Source: an uncultured delta proteobacterium (GTDB taxonomy: Bacteria > Desulfobacterota > Binatia > UBA9968). Taken from it: a DNA stretch of 64,000 nucleotides. The stretch spans positions 96,001 to 160,000 of the forward strand of contig CAVWLW010000043.1 in NCBI GenBank assembly GCA_963755715.1. Reading direction: 5' to 3'. The position numbers and the translations under genes were made by a program. Shown one piece after another: positions 9,835 through 21,979 of this stretch. The notes under the pieces were generated by a model that saw nothing but the letters and a program-made list of their open reading frames with translations, had not been told where the DNA came from and made no database searches. Position 1 is the stretch's first letter. Each line of letters begins with the position of its first letter.

Positions 9835-12800
9835 ATTTTTCCGAACCGTTTGTGCGCCGGCCGGTCATGACCTCGGTCTTGACCGTGGCGGTGATTCTCT
9901 TCGGTGTCCTCAGTTACTTTCGTTTGCCGGTAAACGATCTGCCGGCGGTGGATTATCCGGTCATCCAGGTTCAGGCGGATTATCCCGGCGCGAGCCCCGA
10001 GACCGTCGCTAATAACATCGCCACGCCGCTCGAGCGCCAGTTCATGCAAATCAACGGCTTGGAGCTCGTGACTTCCAAGAGCACTCAAGGGCACACCAGC
10101 CTCACGCTCCAGTTCGGTCTGAGCAAAAGCATCGACGCCGCGGCGACCGACGTGCAGACCGCGATTTCTCAAGCCACCGGCAGTCTGCCGGTGGATCTAC
10201 CGTCGCCGCCGACGTTTTCCAAGACCAATCCCAACGACCAACCGATCATGTATATCGCGCTCACCAGCGATTCGGTGACGCGCGGCCAACTTTACGATTA
10301 CGGCAGCACGCAAATCGGCCAGCGCATCAGCATCCTGCCGGGCGTATCCCGGGTGTCGGTTTTCGGCACCAAGTCGGCTATTCGCATCAAAGCCGATCCT
10401 TCGGCCATGTGGGCGCGCGGCATTTCCATCGACGATTTGTCCGCGGCGATCAAGAGTGGCACGAGTTACACCGGCGCGGGACAATTCGACGCCGGCAGCG
10501 GCACCACGCTGTTGCGGCCCCAGGGGCAGCTCGACAGCGCGCAGGCGTACAGCGATCTGATCGTCGGCTCGACCCACGGCGCGCCGGTTTATCTGCGCGA
10601 TGTCGCCACGGTGCGCGACTCGGTTCAGGACGAGCGGCTGAACATGCGCTTCTGGGCACGCGGTTACCCCGTGCCCGGCGCCACGGTGGTGCTGGCGGTC
10701 TTTCGTCAAGCCGGCGCCAACGCCGTGGAGGTGGCCAACAGCATCCGAGGTCTGCTGCCGCACATCAGCGCCGAGTTGCCGGGATCGGTGCGCATCACGC
10801 CGCTCTACGACCGCTCGCGCGGCATCGTCAACTCGGTCAACGACGTCCAGGAAACGCTGGCCATCGCATTTGTCTTGGTCGTGTTGGTCATTTTTGTGTT
10901 TCTCGGCCGAGCCACCGATACGCTCATTCCCGCCGTGGCCTTGCCGATATCGCTTTTGTTGACCTTCGTCGCCATGGGACTGCTGGGTTACAGTCTGGAT
11001 AATCTTTCGCTGATGGCGCTGACCTTGGCGATTGGCTTTCTGGTGGACGACGCCATCGTGTTTCTGGAAAACACGGTGCGCCGCATGGAGCGCGGCGAAC
11101 GGGCGCTCGAAGCGACGATTCACAGCGCCAAAGAAATCAGCTTCACGATTCTCTCCATGACCATATCGCTGGCGGCGGTTTTTATTCCGCTGGTGTTCAT
11201 GTCCGGACTGGTGGGGCGCATCTTCCGCGAGTTCGCGATCACCATCGTTGTGGCGATCATGGCGTCGGGCTTGGTTTCTTTGACCTTGACCCCGCTCATG
11301 TGCGCGCGGCTGCTCAAAGAACGCGGCGAGGGTTCCAGGCACACCTGGATGGAGCGCGTTATCGGCGCCTGGGAAAAACGCGTCCTCAGCGGCTATGGCA
11401 AATATTTGACCTGGTTCCTCGAACACCGTTGGATCTCGACGCTCGTGTGGGTGGCGTGTTTAGCGGGCACGGTTTGGTTTTTTATCATCGTGCCCAAGGC
11501 ATTCTTGCCGCCGGGCGACAGTAGCGTCGTGACCGGTGTCTTCATCGCCCGGGAAGGCTCTTCGCCTGAGCAGATGGCCGGCATTCAGGAGCGAGTCGAC
11601 GAAGTGCTGCTGAAGAACCCCAATGTCATGGCGAGTATCGAAGTCACCGGGCTCAGCCAATTCATCGCCTCGAACCAGGGCATCATGTTTACTTTTCTAA
11701 AGCCGCCAGGCGATCGCCCGCCGATTCAGGAAGAAGCCGGCAAGATGATGGGCAATATCGCTTCGATACCGGGCGTGATGGCGTTTTTGCGACCGTTTCC
11801 CGTGCTCGAGATCAGCACCGGCGCGACCAATCAGAATCAAGGGCAATACGCTTTTTCGGTTTCCGGCGTAAATCCGCAGCAGGTCTACGACGCGAGCGAG
11901 AAGCTCCTGGCCAAGTTGCGCACGTTTCCGGGATTTCTCACGGTGCAGTCGGACTATTACAACAACACGCCGAATCTCGATATCGCCATCCAGCGCGAGC
12001 AGGCCAAGATCAACGGCGTCTCCGAAGCGCGCATATTGGCGCTTTTGCGCAACGCCTACTCGCAGAATTATCTCTACCTCATCAAGAAACCGGCGGATCA
12101 ATATCAGGTGATTCTGGAAGCGCAGGACAGCGCGCGCGAAACCTCCGGATGATCTGTCTTTGCTTTACATCAAATCGGACGACGGCAAGCGTCTCGTGCC
12201 GCTGAACTCGCTGGTCACTTGGAAATCGACGATCGGACCCCAGGCGGTCAATCATCTCAATCAGTTCACCAGCGTCACCTTGAACTTCAATCTCAAGCCC
12301 GGCGTCGCCATCGGTGATGCCACCGATTTCATCACACGGGCCGCCGCTGAAGTCGTGCCGCCGACCCTGCGCGCCGATCTGCAAGGCGAGGCGCTGACGT
12401 TTCGCGATACTGTTCGAGACCTGACAGTCTTGATGGTGTTAGCAGTATTCGTCATGTACGTGATCTTGGCAATTCTCTACGAAAGCTATCTTCATCCGCT
12501 GACCGTGCTCTCGACGTTGCCTACGGCCTTGGTCGGCGGGCTCGCGACGCTTTATTTTTTTGGCGAACAGGCTTCGCTCTACGCATTCGTTGGCATGTTC
12601 ATGTTGATGGGCATCGTCAAAAAGAACGGCATCATGATCGTCGATTTTGCGCTGCAGCGCGTTGACCTCGGCGAATCCGCCGAGAAGGCCATCCACGACG
12701 CCAGCATGGATCGCTTCCGGCCGATCCTGATGACAACTCTCGCGGCGGTGTTCGGCGCGATACCGATCGCGCTCGGCTTCGGCGCCGACGGCGCGTCACG

Positions 12801-12978
12801 CCGGCCGCTCGGTCTGGTCATTGTCGGCGGATTGATCGTTTCCCAATTCATCACCCTCTTCATCACGCCGGTCATTTACCTCTATCTCGAAGAGTTCCAG
12901 GAAAAAGTATTGAATCGGACCTCGTTCTTCCGCTCGGAGCACGGCCGCCGCCAAGCCAAGCTCGATTCGCAGCCGTAA
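9831..12978 (+). CDS. RND efflux permease (MdtB/C-like), frameshift near 12145
   Basis: FVRRPV start, GFLVDDAIV, GIVKKNGIMIVDFA, RFRPILMTT; halves 9831-12152 and 12160-12978 are in different frames. Confidence 0.9.
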
Positions 12979-13101
12979 ACGTCATGATCCGCCTCGCTCG
13001 CGCGCCTACGTCAAAGCCGAGCGAAAAACCAGATCCGCGCTGATTCTTACGTTGCGGCCATGGCGTTCGATGCTTTCGAGCGTGTCTTGCATTGTTTCAG
13101 T

Positions 13102-13129
13102 GGAAACTGTAAATACTTTTCAAGTTTCC
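13102..13129. promoter_or_regulatory. Candidate operator for the second TetR
   Basis: Inverted repeat GGAAACT-N14-AGTTTCC ending about 10 bp before the ATG. Confidence 0.5.
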
Positions 13130-13138
13130 TACGTTTTT

Positions 13139-13798
13139 ATGAAGGCCCGATCCACGATAGGTTCCCGTCGAGCTGCGCCGGAGCGCGCGACCGCCGCCGC
13201 AGCGCAGCGGATCGTCACGGCGGCGCGCCAGCATTTTTTCGCGCACGGCTTTCGCGGCGTGACGATGGACGATCTGGCCGAAGAGCTCGGCATGAGCAAA
13301 AAGACGCTTTACGCCGAGTTTGCCGGCAAGGCGGCGCTTTTGCGCGCCGTGCTGCTCGATAAATTCCGCAGCGTGGAAACGGACCTCGATTCCATCATGG
13401 CGCGATGCTCAGCCGATGCTTTGGCCGCGCTCCAGCAACTGCTCGCCTGCATGCAGCGCCACACCGAGGAAATTCAGCCCCCGTTCGTGCGCGATATACG
13501 GCGTGAAGCGCCGGAGCTGTTCAAGCTCGTGGAGGAACGGCGGCGCGCAATGATTCAACGCTATTTTGGCAAAATCTTCGATGAGGGGCGCGCCGCCGGC
13601 ATCATTCGCTCGGACGTTTCGACGGAGTTGATCGTCGAGATCTTGTTGAGCGCAGTGCAAGCGATCATGAATCCGACCAAGATGGACGAGCTCGGTCTCG
13701 AGCCGAAAACCGGCTACAGCGCGATTATCGGAATACTTCTGGACGGCGTGATCACCAAGAAGGGCAGGGCGAAAGGATTTCGCTTCGGCGCGCGTTGA
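13139..13798 (+). CDS. TetR/AcrR family transcriptional regulator
   Basis: FFAHGFRGVTMDDLAEELGMSKKTLY HTH; ATG at 13139 preferred over the upstream TTG. Confidence 0.9.
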   Translation: MKARSTIGSRRAAPERATAAAAQRIVTAARQHFFAHGFRGVTMDDLAEELGMSKKTLYAEFAGKAALLRAVLLDKFRSVETDLDSIMARCSADALAALQQLLACMQRHTEEIQPPFVRDIRREAPELFKLVEERRRAMIQRYFGKIFDEGRAAGIIRSDVSTELIVEILLSAVQAIMNPTKMDELGLEPKTGYSAIIGILLDGVITKKGRAKGFRFGAR

Positions 13799-13826
13799 TC
13801 GGCGCGTTCCGAAGATGAGGGGGTTC

Positions 13827-14873
13827 ATGAAACGCAAGTTTTGGATTCCAGCCTTGATCGTCGTCGTCGCCGTGGCCGGATTGACCTGGTGGCTGATGCA
13901 GCGCCGCGGCGCCGATCGCGAACTGGTGCTCTACGGCAACATCGATCTTAGACAGGTTCAACTCGCGTTCAACAACAGCGAGCGCATCGCCGCGGTATTG
14001 GTCCAGGAGGGCGACCACGTCAAGCAGGGCCAGGTGCTGGCGCGCTTGGATACCAGCCGCCTCGAACCGCAGGTTGCCCAGGTGACAGCGCAAGCGGCGG
14101 CGCAGCAGCAAGTCGTAACCCGGCTGAGAAACGGCAGCCGGCCGGAAGAGGTCGCGCAGGCGCGCGCCAATGTCGAGTCGGCCAAGGCCGATCTCGTCAA
14201 CGCGCAGCGGCAATACGAGCGGCTGAAAAACGCCGCGGAATTATCCGGCGGCCGGGCCGTGCGCCAACAGGACGTCGACGCCGCCAAAGCTACGTTGGAA
14301 GTTGCCGTAGCAAAGCTGGCGGTGAACCAAAAGGCCCTCGATTTATCGGTGCTCGGCCCGCGCAAGGAAGATATCGCGGAAAACGAAGCGCGCCTTCGCG
14401 CCAACGAAGCGCAGGCCGCGCTATTGCGCCAGCAATTGGCTGATTCTCAGCTGATCGCACCGACGAATGCCGTCGTGCGCACGCGCATCATGGAGCCGGG
14501 CGAGATGGCGACCCCGCAAAATCCGGTGTTTTCTTTGGCCATTACCGATCCCAAGTGGGTGCGAGCTTACGTCTCGGAACCGGATTTGGGCAAAATCCAC
14601 CCCGGGATGGCTGCCACGATCGGCGTAGATAGTTTCCCAAAGCGCGGCTTCGATGGTTGGATCGGTTTTATTTCGCCAGTCGCTGAGTTCACGCCCAAAG
14701 CGGTGCAGACCGAGGAACTGCGCACTAGCCTGGTTTACGAAGTGCGTGTGTTCGTCAAGGACCCTAAGGACGAGCTGCGTCTGGGCATGCCGGCGAGCGT
14801 GTATTTTCTGAAGAATCAATCGAGCCGTCGCGCTGCGCCGGCGGGCGATTCAATGACTGAGACAAACCGCTGA
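13827..14873 (+). CDS. HlyD-family secretion/adaptor protein (YbhG-like)
   Basis: N-terminal TM, LYGNIDLRQV, AEFTPKAVQTEELRTSLVYEVRV, LRLGMP. Confidence 0.9.
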   Translation: MKRKFWIPALIVVVAVAGLTWWLMQRRGADRELVLYGNIDLRQVQLAFNNSERIAAVLVQEGDHVKQGQVLARLDTSRLEPQVAQVTAQAAAQQQVVTRLRNGSRPEEVAQARANVESAKADLVNAQRQYERLKNAAELSGGRAVRQQDVDAAKATLEVAVAKLAVNQKALDLSVLGPRKEDIAENEARLRANEAQAALLRQQLADSQLIAPTNAVVRTRIMEPGEMATPQNPVFSLAITDPKWVRAYVSEPDLGKIHPGMAATIGVDSFPKRGFDGWIGFISPVAEFTPKAVQTEELRTSLVYEVRVFVKDPKDELRLGMPASVYFLKNQSSRRAAPAGDSMTETNR

Positions 14874-14885
14874 AGAGAAGGCGCG

Positions 14886-16678
14886 ATGAGTGGAGAGGAG
14901 AAAAAAGCCGCGGCGCTTTTGGGCCGCGGTATCGAGAAAATATTTAAGCGCAACGGCGACGAGATCGTTCGGGCGCTCGATGATGTCTCGCTTGAGGTTC
15001 AAGCCGGCACACTGACCGCGCTCGTGGGGCCGGACGGCGCAGGTAAAACCACACTGATTCGTCTCGCCGCCGGGTTGATGACTGCCGACGCCGGTGAATT
15101 GAGGGTATTGGGGATCGACGTGAGCGCAGAGCCGCAGCACGTTCAAGACCGGATCGGTTACATGCCGCAGAAATTCGGTTTGTATGAAGACCTGAGCGTT
15201 CAAGAGAACCTCGATCTCTATGCGGATTTGCACGGCATCAGCGCTGAAGATCGGGCGCAGGCTTATCCGCGGCTGATGGAGATGACGGCGCTTGGCTCAT
15301 TTACGCAACGATTGGCCGGTCGGTTGTCAGGCGGCATGAAACAGAAACTTGGACTTGCTTGCACGCTGGTTTCGCGACCGGAGCTCCTGCTGCTCGATGA
15401 GCCGACCGTCGGTGTCGATCCGTTATCGCGCCGGGAGCTGTGGGAAATCATTCTGCAACTTGTCGATGAACAAAAGCTGACTGTGCTGCTGAGCACCTCC
15501 TATCTCGATGAAGCCGAGCGCTGCGGCCAAGTGAGCGTCATGCACCGCGGTAAAGTGCTGGCGGCGGGAAGCCCCGATGACATCAGTCGGCTGGCGGCCG
15601 GTCGTGTGTTTCTCGCCGACCCACCCCCCGGCCGAAAGGCCAGGGAATTTCAAGCACAACTGCTGGATCGCCCGGATATCGTCGATGCCGTGCCCGCGGG
15701 CGGCCAAGTGCGTTTTGTTCGATCCGAAAACGGTAGTGGGACGCAAGGCGACGAGATATTCGCTGGAGCATCGATTACCGCGGCAGCGCCTCGGTTCGAA
15801 GACGGCTTCATGGTGTTGTTGCATCGGACGGGCGCGCCGCGGGAATCCGTCGGCGCGATGACGCTGACGACCGCACTTGAGCCAGAATCGCGACGGCACG
15901 GCGGTGCAGGTGCGCGACTTGGTCCGCCAATTCGGCGCCTTCACGGCCGTGGATCATATTAGTTTCGACGTTCAACGCGGCGAGATCTTCGGTCTGCTCG
16001 GTCCCAACGGCGCAGGCAAGACGACGACGTTCCGCATGCTTTGCGGTCTGTTGCCGGCGTCGAGCGGCACGCTGCGCGTCGCCGGCATGGATTTACGCCG
16101 GGCGCGCGCCTCGGCGCGCCAGCGGATCGGTTACGTCGCGCAAAAGTTTTCACTCTATGGCCAGCTCACGGTGGCCGAGAATTTGGAATTTTTCGCCAGC
16201 GCGTACAGCCTGCGCGGCGACAAGAAGAAAAGCCGCATCGATTGGGCGATACGGCAATTCGATCTCGGCGAGTTTATCGATTTGGCCAGCGGCGATTTAC
16301 CGGGCGGTTTCAAGCAGCGCTTGGCGATGGCTGCCGCGCTGTTGCATGAACCCGAGCTGCTCTTTCTCGATGAGCCGACCAGCGGCGCCGATCCGTTGGC
16401 GCGGCGCGAGTTTTGGCGCCGCATCACGGCGCTTGCCGCAACAAGGCGTCACCGTCGTGGTGACCACGCACTTCATGGAAGAAGCCGAGTATTGCGACCG
16501 GGTTGCGATCATGGACGCGGGTCGGGTGTTGGCGCAAGGCACGCCCGCGGAGATTCGCGCGCGCGCGCGCTCGGATCAAAGGCGCGAGCCAAACATGGAA
16601 GACGCGTTTATCGCGGTGGTGGAGGCCGCTCGCGCAGAAGAGGCGCTGCGACGCGCTTCTTCGCGGGGAGTCGCATGA
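14886..16678 (+). CDS. Dual-domain ABC ATP-binding protein (YbhF-like), frameshifts near 15880 and 16440
   Basis: GPDGAGKTT...LSGGMKQKL...DEPT, then GPNGAGKTT...DEPTSG, then VTTHFMEEAEYCDR, spread over three frames. Confidence 0.85.
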
Positions 16679-17829
16679 TGTTCGGAACCGGGAAAAAACA
16701 GCGTCTAGCATCGGCCAAACTGCATCGCATTGGCTCTCTGATTCGCAAGGAGGCGCGCCAGATCGTGCGCGATCCGAGCAGCATCGCCATGGGCATTGTC
16801 TTGCCGGTCATGTTGATTCTGTTATTCGGCTACGGCTTGTCGCTGGACGTGACTGAGGTGCCGGTGGCCGTCGTCCTAGAAGATCCATCACCTGCGGCGA
16901 CAGAATTGGCTGCCAGTTTTCAGTTGTCGCATTATTTCGACGCCCGGTTGATGACCTCTATGACGCAGCGCTCAGGAACTCATGCTGTCGCGTAAAGTAG
17001 ACGGCATCGTGCGCATTCGGCCGGATTTTTCCCGCTCTTTGAGTCTCGGCAACGCCGAGGTGCAAGTTCTCGTGCATGGCGTCGATGCCAATCACGCGCG
17101 CATCATTCAAGCCTATGCCCAGGGCGCGATCGGGCAGTGGGCGGCGCGCCGCTCGGCTGAGGGCTTTGCGATCGCCAGCGGCCCGGTGCGTCGTGCAAAG
17201 CCGCATGTGGTTCAACGAAGTCAACGAGAGCCGCTATTTCTTGGTGCCGGGTCTGATCGTTTTGATCATGACGTTGATCGGCGCCTTGCTCACGGCGCTG
17301 GTGATGGCGCGCGAATGGGAGCGCGGCACGTTGGAGGCTTTGTTCGTGACGCCGGTGCGCACGGATGAAATCCTGCTCGGCAAGACGATTCCCTATTTCG
17401 TCCTCGGCGTCATCGGTCTCGTGCTGTGCCTGCTGGCTGCCAAGTTTCTTTTCTCCGTGCCGTTTCGCGGTTCGCTGGCTATGCTGACCGCGGCTTCGAT
17501 GCTGTACTTGCTCGTCGCCCTCGGCATCGGCCTGTTGATTTCCTCGACGGTAAAAAGCCAGTTCGTGGCGAGCCAAATCACTGTGTTGGTCACTTTTTTG
17601 CCGGCGGTGATGTTATCCGGTTTTCTCTTCGATCTGCGCAGCATGCCGGTGCTGGTGCGGCTGATGACCTATGCGCTGCCGGCGCGCTACTACGTCGCGC
17701 TGCTGCAAACGATTTTTCTCGCCGGCGATATCTGGGCGGTGATTTTGCCGAACATGGCCGTGCTCGCCGGCATGGCCGCCGCGTTAGTGCTGTTGACGTA
17801 CCGGGCGACGCGGAAGACGCTTGGCTTGA
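16675..17829 (+). CDS. ABC-2 permease (YbhS-like), several frameshifts
   Basis: IRKEARQIVRDP, AREWERGTLEALFVTP and LSGFLFDLRSMP found across frames. Confidence 0.82.
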
Positions 17830-17838
17830 GACAAGAAT

Positions 17839-18957
17839 ATGCTCGAAGCTTTTTTTCGCATTCTGGCGCTGACCCGCAAAGAATTGCTGCAGATCTTCAA
17901 GGACCCGCGCAGCCGCTACAGCTTGTTGATCCCGCCGATCTTGCAGTGCCTGATTTACGGTTACGTGGCGACCTACGATTTGAACGATGTTCCCTATGCA
18001 GTATTGGATCAAGATCGCAGCGCGGCTTCGCAAAAATTGCTGGCGGCGTTGGACGGCTCCGGCGTGTTTCACCGGGTTGCCAACCTCGAGCGCGCCGCGG
18101 ACGTGCGCAGAACTATCGATGAGCGGCGCGCTTTATTGGTGTTACAAATTCATCAGGATTTCGAGCGCCGGCTCATGTCCGGCCAGCCGGCCGACCTGCA
18201 AGTGATCGCCGATGGCAGAAACTCCAACACCGCGGGTACGGCCATCGGTTATATCGGCACGATCATCGAGTCGTTCAATGCCGCTTGGCGCAACGAGCGC
18301 GGCCAACCGGGCGCGCCGGTTCGGCTGACGACGCGCGCATGGTACAATCCCAACCTGGAGACGCGCTGGCATATGATTCCGGCTTTGATCGGCACGCTCA
18401 CGTTCGTACAAACTCTAATGCTGACCGGTTTGTCGGTGGCGCGCGAGCGCGAGCAGGGTACTTTCGATCAGTTGCTGGTGACGCCTTTCCGGCCCGTTGA
18501 GATCATGGCCGGCAAGGCATTGCCGGCGATGTTTGTCGGCATCGTTCAGGCGACCTTGGTGTTGCTCGTGGCGCAGCTCTGGTTTCGCATTCCATTCGCC
18601 GGCTCGTTCATCACGCTGTACGCGGGCTTGAGCGTGTTTCTACTCGCGGCGGTCGGCATGGGCCTGCTGTTATCGTCGGTGGCCGCCACCATGCAGCAGG
18701 CGATGCTGCTGTCATTTTTATTGATCATGCCTTTTGCGCTGCTGTCGGGGCTGACGACTCCCGTCAGCAGCATGCCGGTATTTCTCCAGTATGTGACGCT
18801 GATCAATCCATTGCGCTACGCGATCGATATCGCCCACCGGGTTTATCTCGAAGGAGTGGGTTTGGGTTTGTTAGTCCCCGAGTTGTGGCCCCTGGCGGTT
18901 ATCGCTTTGGTGACGTTAAGTGGCGCGTCTTGGATGTTTCGCCATCGACTCGCTTAG
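17839..18957 (+). CDS. ABC-2 permease (YbhR-like)
   Basis: RKELLQIFKD, DGRNSNTA, AREREQGTFDQLLVTP. Confidence 0.9.
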   Translation: MLEAFFRILALTRKELLQIFKDPRSRYSLLIPPILQCLIYGYVATYDLNDVPYAVLDQDRSAASQKLLAALDGSGVFHRVANLERAADVRRTIDERRALLVLQIHQDFERRLMSGQPADLQVIADGRNSNTAGTAIGYIGTIIESFNAAWRNERGQPGAPVRLTTRAWYNPNLETRWHMIPALIGTLTFVQTLMLTGLSVAREREQGTFDQLLVTPFRPVEIMAGKALPAMFVGIVQATLVLLVAQLWFRIPFAGSFITLYAGLSVFLLAAVGMGLLLSSVAATMQQAMLLSFLLIMPFALLSGLTTPVSSMPVFLQYVTLINPLRYAIDIAHRVYLEGVGLGLLVPELWPLAVIALVTLSGASWMFRHRLA

Positions 18958-18997
18958 CGCGTCGGATCGATCATCGATGAGAAGGAAGCTCGAAGTT

Positions 18998-20450
18998 ATG
19001 TACATGAACTTAATTCAGAAATGGAATAAGGCAGGCGCGGTTCTGCTGCTCTGCGCCGCCGGTTGCGCGGTCGGGCCCGATTACCAACGGCCCGACTTGG
19101 CGGCGCCGCCGGCGTGGCAAGAAGGAGGACAGCGCGGCGTCGACACGCGAACCGCTGACATGGCCCAGTGGTGGACGGCTTTCAAGGATCCCTTGCTCGA
19201 TTCGCTCGTCGAGCGCGCGGTCAAGTCGAATCTCGATCTGCGCATCGCCGAGGCGCGCGTGCGCGAGGAACGCGCGTTGCTTGCCGCGACTGCTTCGGGG
19301 CTCTGGCCTACGGTGGACGTTGCGGGCTCCTACAGCCGGAGCCGCGGGAGCCAGAACGCGTTGGTATTTGGCGGCGGCGGCGGGGGCGCAGCATTCTCCG
19401 GCGGCCTCATTCTGGAGCATGAATCTCTTTCAGAACGGTTTCGATGCCAATTGGGAAATCGATATATTCGGCGGCACCCGACGGCGCGTCGAAGCCGCCC
19501 AAGCGAGCCTCGAAGCGTTCGTCGAAGATCGCCGCAGCGTACTGGTGACTTTGCTCGGCGACGTGGCGAAAAATTATATCGATCTGCGCGGTTTGCAACG
19601 GCGGCTGGCGGTCGCGCAAGACAATTTGAAGGCGCAGGAGGATACTTTGGAGCTGACCAAGATCCGTTTCGACGCCGGCCTGGCGAGCGATTTCGATGTC
19701 GCTCAAGCCGAAGGCGAAGTCAAAACCACCGAGGCGCAGATCCCAACGCTCCAGACCGCTTTAAAACAAACGGCGTACCGCATCGATATTTTGCTCGGCG
19801 CGCAGCCGGGGGCCTCCTGGGGCGAACTCGCGAACGACGCGCCCGTTCCCGCGCTACCGCCGGAAGCGTACGTAGGCCTGCCAATTGATCTGCTCAGGCG
19901 TCGGCCGGACATTCGCAGCGCCGAGCGCCAATTGGCGTCGGCCACGGCGCTGGTCGGTGCCGCCACCGCGGACCTTTATCCGAAATTTTCCCTGGCCGGC
20001 TCGATCGGTTTACAGAGTATCAGCGCGAGCAATTGGTTCTCGGGGCCGAGCCGTTTTTGGTCGATTGGGCCGACGATCAGTTGGCCGGTTTTCGACGCCG
20101 GCCGGATCCGCGCGACGATCGAGGTGCGCAACGCCCAGCAGGAGCAGGCGCTGCGCTCGTATGAGCGATCCGTGTTGAATGCCTTGGGAGACGTGGAAAG
20201 CGCTTTGGTCAACTACGGCAACGAGCAGAAGCGCTATCGATCGTTAATCGAAGCGGTGGCGTCCAATCGTCGCGCCGAGCAATTGGCCAATGACTTGTAC
20301 ACTCAGGGACTCGTTCCCTTTCTCAATGTCCTCGATGCGCAACGCACGCTTTATGCGTCGGAAAGCGATCTCGCGGTGAGCGAGGCAAGCCTGGCATCGA
20401 ACCTGGTCGCCTTGTACAAAGCTTTGGGCGGCGGCTGGGAAACCAACTGA
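18998..20450 (+). CDS. Outer-membrane efflux lipoprotein (NodT/OprM family), frameshift near 19415
   Basis: Lipobox AAGC-AVGPDY, WEIDIFG, LLRRRPDIRSAE, LYKALGGGW. Confidence 0.88.
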
Positions 20451-20683
20451 GTTATTCTGTCGCGCGATAGCGCAGTAATTCACTCTCGAGCATCCTGCTT
20501 CGTGTTTACTCACATAGCTACGCGCGGGTTGGGCGTCTAAAGTTGTCGATTGCGCGAGGGAGCGGCCGCGAAGCCCGATTGCGATCGCCACTGTAGGGCT
20601 TGCCGCTGGCGCTGGTTTGATCTATGTAAATAGTTGGTTTCAGCGAGTCGTCTCAAGCTACAGAGTTAAAAGGAGAGAAGTCT

Positions 20684-21817
20684 ATGAAAGACGGATTCAA
20701 AGTGATCGACGCCGATCGGCATATTCTGGAGCCGACGGATCTTTACCAAAATTATTTGCCGGAGAAATTCAAGCATCGGGTTCGTCTGGCGGGGCCGAAC
20801 CAGACGGTGCGCGAAGTGGATGGCAAACCGGTGTCCGATTCCGCCCTGCGGCCGGGCCGGAAGTTGGAAGATTTCGGTTATATTTTTTCCTCTTCGAAGC
20901 GTTGGCGTGAGTGCTTCGCCGATGCTTACGCCAATAAGTTCGACCCGGCGTCGAACCTGCGCGACATGGATCGCGAAGGCATCGATGTCTCGGTGCTGTT
21001 TCCGACGATCGGGCTCTACATCATGTGGCGCGACGACATCGATCCCGAGCTGAGCGCGGCCATCTGCCGGGCCTACAACACCTGGCTCGCCGATTATTGC
21101 GATCACGACCGCAAGCGCTTGCACGGCGTGATGCTGATCCCGCTGCAAGATCCGGCGCGCGCCGTCGAGGAGGTGAAGTATGCGCGCGAGAAGCTCGGCC
21201 TCGTCGGTATTTTCTGGCGGCCGAATAAGTTTTGCGGCCGGACGTTTTCGAGTCCCGATTATTATCCGATCTATGACGTTTGTTCCGAGCTCGGCGTGAC
21301 CATTTGCGTTCACGAAGGCGCGCGCACCGTATTGCCGCAGGCGGGCGATGACCGCTACAGCGAATTCGGCCGCCACATCGCCTGCCATCCGCTGGAACAG
21401 ATGCTCGCCTGCTTGAACTTTTGCGCCGACGGCGTGCTTGAAAAATTTCCCAAGCTGAAAGTCGCCCACCTCGAATCGGGCTGCGGCTGGGTGCCTTTTT
21501 GGCTCGAACGCATGGACGAGCATTGGGAACACGAGTCGCACGGCTCGGCGAAAATCACCAAGGAAAAACCGAGTCATTATTTCAAGCAAAATTGCTGGGT
21601 GAGCTGCGAAGCGGGCGAAGAACTGGCGCCGGTATTTATCGAGCACGTCGGCGATGATTATTTGATGATCGCCACCGACTATCCGCACAGCGACGCCATC
21701 GATAAGTTCCCCGATAAAACCGTCGGCGCGATCAGCGGCAACAACAAGATCGCCGCCGAATCGCGGCGCAAAATCCTCTGGGACAATCCGACCAAGACGT
21801 TTGGTTTGGGAGCGTAG
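20684..21817 (+). CDS. Amidohydrolase_2 family protein
   Basis: IDADRH, DMDREGID, LESGCGW, ATDYPHSD, ILWDN motifs. Confidence 0.9.
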   Translation: MKDGFKVIDADRHILEPTDLYQNYLPEKFKHRVRLAGPNQTVREVDGKPVSDSALRPGRKLEDFGYIFSSSKRWRECFADAYANKFDPASNLRDMDREGIDVSVLFPTIGLYIMWRDDIDPELSAAICRAYNTWLADYCDHDRKRLHGVMLIPLQDPARAVEEVKYAREKLGLVGIFWRPNKFCGRTFSSPDYYPIYDVCSELGVTICVHEGARTVLPQAGDDRYSEFGRHIACHPLEQMLACLNFCADGVLEKFPKLKVAHLESGCGWVPFWLERMDEHWEHESHGSAKITKEKPSHYFKQNCWVSCEAGEELAPVFIEHVGDDYLMIATDYPHSDAIDKFPDKTVGAISGNNKIAAESRRKILWDNPTKTFGLGA

Positions 21818-21853
21818 TCAAATCCGCCCCTGATCTTTTCATAACGAGTAGTC

Positions 21854-21890
21854 AAGGCCCGAATCGTAACGGTTCGGGCCTTTGTGTTTT
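21854..21890 (+). terminator. Rho-independent terminator
   Basis: AAGGCCCGAATCG-TAA-CGGTTCGGGCCTT stem followed by TGTGTTTT. Confidence 0.8.
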
Positions 21891-21979
21891 AATTAGAGGC
21901 AAGTCGGAATAGAACCGGAGCAAAACGGGAGCGGTTTGTCAGGTGCGAAGAGAGTTCTTTGTTCTCGTCGAGTCGGCCT

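Noticed and set aside
10197-11426. Long antisense ORFs (also 20666-21688 and 48206-49522)
   Set aside because: They lie opposite well-supported genes in GC-rich DNA and show no recognisable motifs
12150-12152. TGA splitting the RND permease as a possible Sec codon
   Set aside because: The downstream half (12160 onward) is in a different frame, so this is an indel, and no catalytic Cys is expected there
14886-17829. Programmed frameshifting in the ybhF/ybhS-like genes
   Set aside because: No consistent slippery site, and similar indels are scattered across unrelated genes
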